From an uncultured Gammaproteobacteria bacterium (GTDB taxonomy: Bacteria > Patescibacteriota > Microgenomatia > UBA12405), in the NCBI GenBank assembly GCA_964448705.1, contig CAYUZS010000002.1:113577-177576 (forward strand): a stretch of DNA of 64,000 bases, in the 5' to 3' direction. Position numbers and translations under genes: made by a program. The notes below the pieces were generated by a model. The model did not search any database, had not been told where the DNA came from, and was given only the letters and a program-made list of their open reading frames with translations. Shown here in pieces: positions 28,668-37,726 of this stretch (the first letter of the stretch is position 1; each line of letters begins with the position of its first letter).

Positions 28668-30100
28668 TTTGTTTGTTCAATAAACCAATTAATCTCACGT
28701 TTAGAAAAAATGAAATGATAAACAAAATAAACAGTGACTCCGATTAATATTTTAATTACGATGGACATTATTAAGTTTAAGTGAAGATAATTAACCAATA
28801 AGAGCAAGAAAACGATTGATAGGGAAGCGATCAGCGGATGAAAAATTGTTTTGATTATATTAATAGAAAAAAGCCGGTTGGCGATATACCAGACAACAAA
28901 AGAACTGGAACCGACAATTAAGGCGGCGACAGCTGTTCCCATATAACCATAACGATAACTTAAGAGCGGATAAAAGATCCAGGTGAGAACTGTCCACATA
29001 ATCATGAGTTTGGTGGTGATGCCGATTTTACCGATGGCATTAAAAGCGTTGGTTAGAGGGGTGGTGACAGCGGCAATGGCGGCGTTTATTGCATAAAAAT
29101 ACATCGGAACAATAGCCGGCAGCCATTTTCCATACTTCGGAATTAAGTTAATAAGATCCGGAGCAATCATAGCAATTCCGGCCAGAACCGGAAAAACAAA
29201 AAAAGAAATATAGTAGATACTCTTTTCAATGGAACGGCGGAGAAAATCTTTTTGTTCCTGAATTCTGGCAAAAGTAGGAAAAGTGACTCTCATAATGGCA
29301 TCCATAAAACTAAGCGGAATCCGGGGGCCTTTTTGAGCCCAAGAGAGAATACCAAAAGAATCACGGCCGATAATTCCGGCAACCAAAAGATTGGATAGTC
29401 GATCTTTGGCCATGGCAATAAAAGAATTTAATTGGAAAGGAATTCCAAAACGGAATAGTTTTTTAACCGAGACAAATGAAAAGGAAAAACCGATCGGCCA
29501 CGGACTTAAGCGATAAATAATTATTAGACCGACTAAACTGCGAATAAAAGTAGAGATGGCATAAGAATAAACACCGAAATGAAAAAATGCCAAAACAACA
29601 GCAACGACATAAAAGATTGTATTTTCGATGATATCAATGGTCGATAATATTTTAAAATTTAACTGTCTTTCCAAGAGAACAGAAGGAATGGTTTTGAGTG
29701 AAGCAGCCGCAAAAGAAAAACATAAGGAAATCAAAATCCACATTTCTTTAGAACCGTAACCTTTAGACAGACTGATACGCGGATAAATTAAATAGACAAC
29801 CAACAAAGCAATAAACACTAAAAACTGTTGAATTAAAAATGTAGTCTGTAATTCTTTTTTGGTGACAGATTCTTTTTGTTGAATCAGGGCAGATGCTAAA
29901 CCGACATCAGAAAAATAGCCTAAGATTCCAACAGATTCGGCGACGATAGCAAACAAACCAACCTCTCCGGTACCAAGGAGGATGGTGAGCAAAAAAAAGC
30001 CAATAGTGGAAATTGCCTGAATGCCGATATTTCTGAGAGACAAAAAGACAACACTGACGGTAGTTTTTTGTTTAATTTGTTCGACGTCGATGGATGTCAT
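28646..30100 (-). CDS. Wzx-like oligosaccharide/polysaccharide flippase (MOP superfamily)
   Basis: 484 aa with 12-14 TM. GTGEVGLFAIVAESVGILGYFSDVGLASALIQQKE resembles the conserved N-terminal region of polysaccharide-biosynthesis (Wzx) proteins. Confidence 0.6.
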   Translation of the reverse strand: MTSIDVEQIKQKTTVSVVFLSLRNIGIQAISTIGFFLLTILLGTGEVGLFAIVAESVGILGYFSDVGLASALIQQKESVTKKELQTTFLIQQFLVFIALLVVYLIYPRISLSKGYGSKEMWILISLCFSFAAASLKTIPSVLLERQLNFKILSTIDIIENTIFYVVAVVLAFFHFGVYSYAISTFIRSLVGLIIIYRLSPWPIGFSFSFVSVKKLFRFGIPFQLNSFIAMAKDRLSNLLVAGIIGRDSFGILSWAQKGPRIPLSFMDAIMRVTFPTFARIQEQKDFLRRSIEKSIYYISFFVFPVLAGIAMIAPDLINLIPKYGKWLPAIVPMYFYAINAAIAAVTTPLTNAFNAIGKIGITTKLMIMWTVLTWIFYPLLSYRYGYMGTAVAALIVGSSSFVVWYIANRLFSINIIKTIFHPLIASLSIVFLLLLVNYLHLNLIMSIVIKILIGVTVYFVYHFIFSKREINWFIEQTKWLVPKK

Positions 30101-31859
30101 TTTTTAGAATGCGGATTGATAAAAATAAAATAAAGACAATCGAGATTAAAGAAATTAAATTACCAAGAATTCTGATAGGAGTATTGTGCAGTTGAAGATA
30201 TATTTGATGTTGACCGGCATCTAAATTGAGAGAGATTCTGCCCAGCAACGGTTCGATTTGATAGGCAAGCGGCTGTTGATAATCGTAAATTTTAAATTCA
30301 GGAAAGGCCAGGACCGAGAGATAAACTACTGCCGGTTTTTCCAAATATATATTAAATAATTGCCAATCACTCCCCTTCTTTTGACCGGTAAGTTGATAAT
30401 CGACATCGGCAGGAATGATTTGATCGACATATTCTTTGGCCGGACCTTTGGGAGCAGTGGAAGCAGTTTTAGGAAGATAATCATAGATACCTCCGGTGAC
30501 CTGATTAATCCACGCCTGACCACTGAATTTTTGAGAATCTGTAATCGGTCCGTAGGTAATGGGAGTGAAATGAGAAATATTTAAGATAAACAGAGCGACA
30601 ATCAGAGCAGAAACTAGGTAAAAGTGTCGGGGTTTAAATTCATGTTTTAAACCAAAGATAACCGCAATAAAACCCGGAATTAAAGAGAAGAAAAATTCGG
30701 ATATATTCAAAAAACGCCATGGAAACTGAATTTTTTGAAGGGTAGGAAATAATTTCCAGATAAAAGTCGAACGTTCATGAGCCATGAAAGTGCTGCCAAA
30801 AGCCATTAGAACTAACAAAATTACGACTGTGTCTAACTTATTTAAACGTTTTTTGAAAAATTTGAACGCCAAAGGAATCATTATCAGCAGAGGCAGGAGC
30901 CAATGAAGATAGCCAACCGAAAACGGCATACCATCATCAGTTCCCCAAACTGAAGGTCCATCACCCCAAAAATTACTGATAAATAGCTGTTTAAGACTGA
31001 CAAAGTGGATGGCGTAAGTATAATAGTTAGTAAACATGGTTTCGATTTGAGTAAGTGAGGATTCAAAAATCACCGGCAAGGTGAAAAAAGCCGAAATACC
31101 AAAACCGAGAATCACTGCCAGGGCTAATTTAATAATTGTTGGGATAAGATCGGTTAATTTTTGACGTTTGGAGACAAAAAGCCAATATAAAGACCAGACT
31201 AAAACAAAGGGAGAAAAGATTAATAACATGGGATTATGAGAAAGCATAAGTCCCGATAAAGACAAAGCCAGGCCTAAAAGAAAACCGATTTTTTTAGTGG
31301 AAATTAATTTTTTAGAAAAATAAAATATTAAAGGAAAGAAAACAGCAGCCCAGGCCTCATTCATGGCACCCCGAACATAAATATTTACGGCATGATAGGG
31401 AGCATATGTATAAAATAGGGCGGACAGTAAACCACCTATTTTTCCAAAAAGAGAACTGCCCAATAAATACATGGAAAAAGCGGCGAGAATTATTTGGAAA
31501 ATTGCGGTTAGTTTGACACTGGTGACAAAAGAAAGACCGAAAACCCGGAATATTTGGCCAACAAGATAGGGTAAGGGCGGATAAAAATTAAAGAGAGGAT
31601 ATCCATAACCATAGCCAAGATCAGGTGTCCAACGACAGGGAATTTGGCCATCATTGAAACATTTTTCCATCTCTAACTGCCTGATTAACTGCATATCGTC
31701 GTGCATATTCCAGTAGATTCCCGGACGCAGCAAAAAGGAAAATGCCGGAATGATTAATAAGAAAAGCAGAATAGGGATAAAAAAACGTTTTTGACTAATA
31801 TTTTGGAGACGGGAGTAAATGGTTTTTAGATTCATAAAGATGTCTTTTAATTTAATCAC
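30072..31859 (-). CDS. Large polytopic membrane protein, family B (paralog of 11866-13479)
   Basis: HDDMQLIRQLEMEKCFNDGQIPCRWTPDLGYGYGYPLFNFYPPLPYLVGQIF and the C-terminal LQLHNTPIRILGNL both match the protein at 11866-13479. Confidence 0.5.
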   Translation of the reverse strand: MIKLKDIFMNLKTIYSRLQNISQKRFFIPILLFLLIIPAFSFLLRPGIYWNMHDDMQLIRQLEMEKCFNDGQIPCRWTPDLGYGYGYPLFNFYPPLPYLVGQIFRVFGLSFVTSVKLTAIFQIILAAFSMYLLGSSLFGKIGGLLSALFYTYAPYHAVNIYVRGAMNEAWAAVFFPLIFYFSKKLISTKKIGFLLGLALSLSGLMLSHNPMLLIFSPFVLVWSLYWLFVSKRQKLTDLIPTIIKLALAVILGFGISAFFTLPVIFESSLTQIETMFTNYYTYAIHFVSLKQLFISNFWGDGPSVWGTDDGMPFSVGYLHWLLPLLIMIPLAFKFFKKRLNKLDTVVILLVLMAFGSTFMAHERSTFIWKLFPTLQKIQFPWRFLNISEFFFSLIPGFIAVIFGLKHEFKPRHFYLVSALIVALFILNISHFTPITYGPITDSQKFSGQAWINQVTGGIYDYLPKTASTAPKGPAKEYVDQIIPADVDYQLTGQKKGSDWQLFNIYLEKPAVVYLSVLAFPEFKIYDYQQPLAYQIEPLLGRISLNLDAGQHQIYLQLHNTPIRILGNLISLISIVFILFLSIRILKNDIHRRRTN

Positions 31860-31886
31860 AGTTTTGTAATTAGTGAAATCAAAACA

Positions 31887-33377
31887 CTATTTGAGCATTA
31901 AAAGCAAAAGCGAATCGCCATCCGGTTTGGGATAGCTCTGAACTAAAATTACTTTTTCCTGTTCGTTTAGATTTAATTTTATACGGCTTTGATTAATCAA
32001 CATGTAGACTTCGTCGCCATGATTCCGGGCATCAACAAGTTTTGAGGGTATTTCCGATAAATCGATTCCAACACCAAACACGGTTAATCGGGGCAGACTA
32101 TCGGTGTAAATTTGCAGACCATCGGGAAGAGTACCGAAATAACCTTCTGTGCCGACGATAACGTTGGCCTGAAGAGATCTGGAAACTAAATATTCTGAAG
32201 CCGATTTGATTCCCCAACCGGAAGTCCATCCCTGAAGATATCCGGATTCAGTGGATGGTAATTTGACAGGATACGGATTGGTAGAGATACGATAGAGCCA
32301 AAATATATTAAGAGAAAGAACCAGAACTAAGATTATTATCTGAGGATAAAAAGATTTGAAATAGCGTTTAGTGTTGAGGAAGAAATAATCGATACCGACC
32401 GATAATAATAAAATTAACGGTGGCAAGGTAAATAGGATATAACGGGCAGTAAAGACTTTGGCGATGATGGCGTTAGCAAATAGAGGTAATATCCACCATA
32501 AAGATATTAATAAAAAGTGTTTATCCGAAACTGTTTTTTTCCCGGAGAGGATAAGACCAAGGACACCAAGCAATAAAAGAGGGGGAGAAAGATATTGACC
32601 GTAGAGATGAACAACATCCCAAAGATGAGGAACCAACGGATCAAAAGGATGTTTTAATATTTCAGAAAAGGACCAAACATAGTCCAGATTTCTGACGGCA
32701 ATTTGACTAAACTGAGGCCCCAGACGAAGAATATTGTAAATTAAAAAAGCTATAAAGGCGGAAAGCAGCGGATAATATATTTTTTTATAATTATTTTTTT
32801 GAAAAAATATAAAAGTGACTAGAGATAAAGAGATAAAATAAATGGCGGGAGATTTGGTGAGCCAGGCAATTCCCAAAACCACCCCTAAAATCATCGACAA
32901 ATCCAGCCGGGGATATTTAGCCAGAAGAAAGGAAAACAAAAGGGATAAGGCCCCGAAAGATGAGAGCAGATTGTCGGGAAGAGCCATACGGTCGAAGAAA
33001 AATACAAAAGGCAAAAATAAATAAATTACTCCGGAAATAACGGCTGTCCGAAAGTTAAAAAACAGTAGAGAAAAAAGATAAAGAATAGAAGTAGTGAAGG
33101 CTCCTGAGAAAACAGAAACCAATCGCCCGGCCAGTAAAGGATCACTGATAAATTTATAGGCAACCGCAGTAATCCACATAAATAAAGGCTGTTTACCATC
33201 TGAAAGAGGAACAAAACGAAGGGTATCAACATTTTTTATGAGTTGAGACCAACGAAGGTAAATAGCTTCGTCACCAAAAACGGGAATAGATTGAAGATGC
33301 TGCAACCTTAGGACAAAGTAAACTACCAATATCGGGAGTAGTGGAAGAAAATGCTTAGGCTTTAGAGGCATAGCCAC
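31887..33377 (-). CDS. GT-C membrane glycosyltransferase, ArnT/GT83-like
   Basis: PVFGDEAIYLRWSQ after TM1 resembles the DExRYAE loop motif of ArnT-type GT-C enzymes. It has 10 or more TM segments. Confidence 0.55.
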   Translation of the reverse strand: MAMPLKPKHFLPLLPILVVYFVLRLQHLQSIPVFGDEAIYLRWSQLIKNVDTLRFVPLSDGKQPLFMWITAVAYKFISDPLLAGRLVSVFSGAFTTSILYLFSLLFFNFRTAVISGVIYLFLPFVFFFDRMALPDNLLSSFGALSLLFSFLLAKYPRLDLSMILGVVLGIAWLTKSPAIYFISLSLVTFIFFQKNNYKKIYYPLLSAFIAFLIYNILRLGPQFSQIAVRNLDYVWSFSEILKHPFDPLVPHLWDVVHLYGQYLSPPLLLLGVLGLILSGKKTVSDKHFLLISLWWILPLFANAIIAKVFTARYILFTLPPLILLLSVGIDYFFLNTKRYFKSFYPQIIILVLVLSLNIFWLYRISTNPYPVKLPSTESGYLQGWTSGWGIKSASEYLVSRSLQANVIVGTEGYFGTLPDGLQIYTDSLPRLTVFGVGIDLSEIPSKLVDARNHGDEVYMLINQSRIKLNLNEQEKVILVQSYPKPDGDSLLLLMLK

Positions 33378-34125
33378 CCTTGAGGTCGTTAATTTTTATC
33401 CGTAATATTTCTTTGATCATCTGAATTGATTCTTTTTTATAGCGGTCGTCGCCATTACCACCTTTAGTGTTGCTGGTATCTTCGTTGCGCCAATCTACGA
33501 CAATTTCTTTAATTTTATAACCCCATTTTTGGGCCATAAATAACAATTCAACATCAAAAGAAGAGACACGCCATCCTTTCTTTTCAGATTTATCCTGCAA
33601 AAATTGAAGATGTGGAAACAATGACTTGGCAACATCAGTTTTGAACATTTTAAAACCGCATTGAGTATCCCTAATATTCGGCAGCAGAACAAATCGTCGG
33701 AAGGCTAAAAATACCGGACCACCTATTTTTCTTAATAAAGAATAACCTTCACGGGATAAACCACGGGAACCGATGACGACATCATAGTCGGGAAAATGAG
33801 GTAAAAGCTTTAAAACTTCTTTAAGAGGGGTGGACTGATCCATATCGGTAAATAAAACCAGAGGATATTGAGCTTGTTGAATACCTCCCCAAACGGCTGA
33901 AGGTTTACCACCATGAGGAAGGTCGAGAACCTTAAAGCCTGGATGTTTTTTGGCGTAATCAAGAATAAATTTTAGAGAACCATCGGTGGAGGCATCGTTA
34001 CAGAGTAAAACTTCCCATTTAAAATCCCTAGTCTTTAAAAAGTCGTTAACTTCGTCTAAAACTCCCCGCTGAAGATTGTTTTCTTCGTTGTAACAGGGAA
34101 TTACGATAGATAGGCTGTGATTCAT
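33355..34125 (-). CDS. GT2 polyprenyl-phosphate sugar synthase (DPM1/ArnC/GtrB-like)
   Basis: LSIVIPCYNEENNLQRGVL...VLLCNDASTDGS plus VIGSRG. It is soluble and short (256 aa), as in Dol-P-Man / Und-P-sugar synthases. Confidence 0.7.
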   Translation of the reverse strand: MNHSLSIVIPCYNEENNLQRGVLDEVNDFLKTRDFKWEVLLCNDASTDGSLKFILDYAKKHPGFKVLDLPHGGKPSAVWGGIQQAQYPLVLFTDMDQSTPLKEVLKLLPHFPDYDVVIGSRGLSREGYSLLRKIGGPVFLAFRRFVLLPNIRDTQCGFKMFKTDVAKSLFPHLQFLQDKSEKKGWRVSSFDVELLFMAQKWGYKIKEIVVDWRNEDTSNTKGGNGDDRYKKESIQMIKEILRIKINDLKGGYASKA

Positions 34126-34154
34126 AGTTATATGATAGCATTTAACTCTTTTGC

Positions 34155-35486
34155 TTATCTCCTAACAAGTGAGTAAATTCGGTGATGAAATACTACCTGA
34201 CTATCTTTTGGCAAGGTATCGTTGGTATAGAGAGTATAGAGATGACCATTGGTAAAAATTTTTGAAGGCCGACGATAAAAAGAAAGTAAATAGTCGAAAC
34301 CAAAATCCATACCTAAGCCAGTTTCGTAAGATAAATAAAAAGGTTGATCCTGAGTTTGGGTAATGAGATATCTGATGACAGTTTTTTTGTCGTTTAAAGT
34401 GACTTGGCCGGAAGATGACGAATATTGTTTAAACAAAACAAAGGCAGTTAGAAATATAGAAACAATAATGATTAAAATAGGATTTTTTAAAAACTTAACT
34501 AATATAAGAGCCAGATAGACGGGAATTAATGAAGTAACCAAAGCGTAATAATATTCAGAGATTGCTCCGTGATAAAAAGATAAAATAATCAGCGGAAGAA
34601 GCACCCAAACAAAGGATAACCAGCGATTTAACTTTGATGACATCAAAAAAGGAGAAACCAGAAGAATAAGTAAAAATAAACTTCTTTCGATGAGAGCGGG
34701 CATAATATTCAACAAAGATAAACTACGCCAAAAACTTCTTAGCCATAAAAACGGGGAATAAATTTGGCCGGAAGAATTAGTGCCGGAGATCAATTCTAAA
34801 ATTTTTTGAGTATTCAAAAAATTATGCCTTAAATCAAAAACAACCAGAGGCAAAAAAGGAATTATAAAAGCAACAATGCCCAAAAGAATTTCTTTGAGTG
34901 AAATTTTTTGCCTGCCGATGACAAAAGAAAAAATAATGATAGGAACCAAAGAAATTGGGACAAGATGAATGTTGGAAATTAATCCGGCGAAAAACATAGC
35001 CCAAATAAAACTAAATTTATGATTGATAGCCTGATAGCAAATATAAAAAGAGATAATGCTGATAAGCGGGGCATACATGACACTCCAACAAGTTTTACCC
35101 AAGATGATGGTTAAAAATAGTGATGCCAGAAAACCGGTTAAAGGATTAAAAATTTTGGAGATAAGTATGAAAGCAGTAACGGAAGTGATGACATTAATTA
35201 AAATTAAAGCGTATTGACCGGCGACAGGATCACCTTTGGTGAAAATATAAAAAGGCAAAAGATAATAATAGTGATACGGACCGACAAAAAAACTATTCTG
35301 ATTGCTGACCTGAGGACCGATTAAAAGAGGCTTATGACGGTCGATCATAGAAACAACTTTGGCAGCATCATCCGCCTGATCCCATTCGAAAGAATAGCTA
35401 GTTGAAACTCTTTGAAAAGAAAGCAAAAAGGAAAAGAGACCGATGATTAAAATTAAAACAAGTCCAAATGACTTATTGTTGGGCAT
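34155..35486 (-). CDS. GT-C-like polytopic membrane protein (tandem paralog a)
   Basis: EWDQADDAAKVVSMIDRHKPLLIGPQVSNQNSFFVGPYHYYYLLPFYIF aligns with the neighbour's LGDQGRDVVIVSDFLKKGDLFFIGPQTSIGNMYLGPFYYYLIVAP. Confidence 0.5.
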   Translation of the reverse strand: MPNNKSFGLVLILIIGLFSFLLSFQRVSTSYSFEWDQADDAAKVVSMIDRHKPLLIGPQVSNQNSFFVGPYHYYYLLPFYIFTKGDPVAGQYALILINVITSVTAFILISKIFNPLTGFLASLFLTIILGKTCWSVMYAPLISIISFYICYQAINHKFSFIWAMFFAGLISNIHLVPISLVPIIIFSFVIGRQKISLKEILLGIVAFIIPFLPLVVFDLRHNFLNTQKILELISGTNSSGQIYSPFLWLRSFWRSLSLLNIMPALIERSLFLLILLVSPFLMSSKLNRWLSFVWVLLPLIILSFYHGAISEYYYALVTSLIPVYLALILVKFLKNPILIIIVSIFLTAFVLFKQYSSSSGQVTLNDKKTVIRYLITQTQDQPFYLSYETGLGMDFGFDYLLSFYRRPSKIFTNGHLYTLYTNDTLPKDSQVVFHHRIYSLVRR

Positions 35487-36906
35487 TTAAATTATGAATT
35501 AACCGGAAAACCTTGATGCCATTAATTTCCCATTGGGAGTCGATTTTGGCCCAACCAAAGGCGGCAACATTCCATTCCGGGTTATTAATCGGATTGCAGT
35601 CAATTTGAAAAGGTTCGCAGACAACAAAAAGCTGGTCTGTAACCTGTGAGTCGAGAGTATATAAAGGTGATTGCCATTGATTAAAAAAATATCGATACGG
35701 CGGATCGTAGTTCATTTTTGCCAGCAGAGCAAAATTGAAAGGCTGTTGATTTGAAGCAGCTAAAATTGAGCGATCAATTTCGATGGTAGTAGACAACTGT
35801 TTGGGAGGAGACCAGCGAAAAGGATTTTCCAGGAAAGAAAAAACTGTCAACGAGATTAATAAAGGAATAGCCAGAAGACGAGGCAAACGGCTAAGAAGAA
35901 AGCCAATAAGCATAAAAACTACCGGGAAAAGAAAGGCAAAATAATGGTCGTAGATGTGCTGTTTGTAGAGTCCAAGCCCGACTAATCCGGATAGATACCA
36001 AAGTAAACACACAAGATAGGGATAAAAATGTTTTTTAGAACCTTGTCGAAAAAATAAATAAATAAGACCGACAACAAAGACGATCGATATTATGAGGCCG
36101 AAAGTAACATCTTTACCGGCTAAAAGCCGGGTGTTGACCTGATTAAACAATTCAGGAATAACAGGCAGTGATTTGTAAGCTTTCAAATTAACAGTGGTTT
36201 CTCTTTGAGTAAAAAAGGTAGTTAGAGCTTTAAAATTTTGGCCCTGATGTTTAAGGTCAAATAAAATTTGAGGGGTTAAGGAAAGAATAAAAACCAGAAC
36301 GGCCAATAGCGTTTCTTTAAGATGAAGCCGGGGTTTGTTTTTGAGCCAAATAATAAATGCCGGAGGCAATAAAAGCAGAGCTAAATAATGGGAATTTAAA
36401 CACATGATAAAAGCTAAAGAAGCATAAAGATATTTTTTCTGAGTAACAAAATAAATGAACATAAGTGAAAAAAGAGGCATAACATTGGGATTCCAGGAAA
36501 AATTCGAGTATTTAATAACTACCGGAGAAATAGAATATAGAAAAGCGGATAAATAGGCAGTTTTAGTGTTAAACCAGCGGCGGGAAATATAAAAAATTAA
36601 GGCCACGGTTAAGACGCCCAGGAGTGCCACAAAAACGGCCGGACCGATGGGATTAAAAAAAGCTAAAAGAAGCGAAGGGGCGACAATGAGGTAATAATAA
36701 AAAGGACCGAGATACATATTACCAATACTGGTTTGAGGACCGATAAAAAAGAGATCACCTTTTTTTAGAAAATCACTGACAATAACCACATCCCGTCCTT
36801 GGTCACCTAAAAATTCCATATAATCGGAAACTTTAAAAAGACGGAGAAAAGCTGCCAATACTAAAATTAAAACCAGCAACCAATATTTTGATAAAAATCT
36901 TTTCAT
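35473..36906 (-). CDS. GT-C-like polytopic membrane protein (tandem paralog b)
   Basis: See the tandem-paralog alignment for 34155-35486. It has 12 or more TM. The acidic loop DQGRD follows TM1. Confidence 0.5.
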   Translation of the reverse strand: MKRFLSKYWLLVLILVLAAFLRLFKVSDYMEFLGDQGRDVVIVSDFLKKGDLFFIGPQTSIGNMYLGPFYYYLIVAPSLLLAFFNPIGPAVFVALLGVLTVALIFYISRRWFNTKTAYLSAFLYSISPVVIKYSNFSWNPNVMPLFSLMFIYFVTQKKYLYASLAFIMCLNSHYLALLLLPPAFIIWLKNKPRLHLKETLLAVLVFILSLTPQILFDLKHQGQNFKALTTFFTQRETTVNLKAYKSLPVIPELFNQVNTRLLAGKDVTFGLIISIVFVVGLIYLFFRQGSKKHFYPYLVCLLWYLSGLVGLGLYKQHIYDHYFAFLFPVVFMLIGFLLSRLPRLLAIPLLISLTVFSFLENPFRWSPPKQLSTTIEIDRSILAASNQQPFNFALLAKMNYDPPYRYFFNQWQSPLYTLDSQVTDQLFVVCEPFQIDCNPINNPEWNVAAFGWAKIDSQWEINGIKVFRLIHNLNAQQ

Positions 36907-37628
36907 TTATGAAAGGTCATGTTTAACCAAAGACGGAAAAGATCAGCGAAACTTTTAATAATGACATTTATATGACGACCGGTGGCGGTGCCGGCATTTC
37001 GGGGATAATGGTGAACACCGACTTCGGTAATTTTGAAGCCGGCTTTTTTAGCTTTAATTAAGAATTCACTGCTGATAAATGCTCCCCTCTCCGATTCTAA
37101 CTTGGGAATGGTGTCGATGACCTTTTTATTTACTAACTTGAAGCCGCAATCGATATCCTTAACTTTTAAACCAAAAAGGACAAAAACGATAATTTCCCAT
37201 ATTTTGGAAGTTAAAATAACAACTTTAGGAACCTGACGTTGGAGATAATAGCCGATAACCAAATCGGCATAAGTGCGTTCCTGAGTATCGATAAATTTGT
37301 CTATTTCAGAAAAATCAAACTGACCATCTGAATCAGTAAAAGCGATCCATTGATATTGGCAGTTATAGAAACCGCTTTTAAAAGCAGCACCATATCCACG
37401 ATTGGGATGATGGGTGACAATTTTGGTTTGTCGGGGATAATCCTGATGAATTTCAGCTAAAATCTCGGCCGTTCTGTCTTTGGAACCGTCATCAATGAAT
37501 ATTATTTCCCATTTTTCGGCTGTTTTTTTAATAACCGGCAATGCCTTTTGAAAAGTGGTTTTAATGTTGGCTTCTTCGTTATAACAAGGGAAAAATACTG
37601 AAAGTTCTTTTAGTCGATGTTGACTCAT
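36903..37628 (-). CDS. GT2 polyprenyl-phosphate sugar synthase (DPM1/ArnC/GtrB-like)
   Basis: LSVFFPCYNEEANIKTTFQKALPVIKKTAEKWEIIFIDDGSKDRT. It is 241 aa and soluble. Confidence 0.7.
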   Translation of the reverse strand: MSQHRLKELSVFFPCYNEEANIKTTFQKALPVIKKTAEKWEIIFIDDGSKDRTAEILAEIHQDYPRQTKIVTHHPNRGYGAAFKSGFYNCQYQWIAFTDSDGQFDFSEIDKFIDTQERTYADLVIGYYLQRQVPKVVILTSKIWEIIVFVLFGLKVKDIDCGFKLVNKKVIDTIPKLESERGAFISSEFLIKAKKAGFKITEVGVHHYPRNAGTATGRHINVIIKSFADLFRLWLNMTFHK

Positions 37629-37668
37629 ATTTGAGAGTATAACAAAAACAATTGAGTATCAAGATATC

Positions 37669-37696
37669 TTGACAGAACAGCTATTATTGATATAAT
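37669..37696 (+). promoter_or_regulatory. Near-consensus sigma70 promoter (TTGACA, 16-nt spacer, TATAAT) upstream of 37727 CDS
   Basis: TTGACA at 37669-37674, TATAAT at 37691-37696 and a GTG start at 37727. Confidence 0.5.
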
Positions 37697-37726
37697 ACCC
37701 TATAACGTTTAATTATTACAATATTA

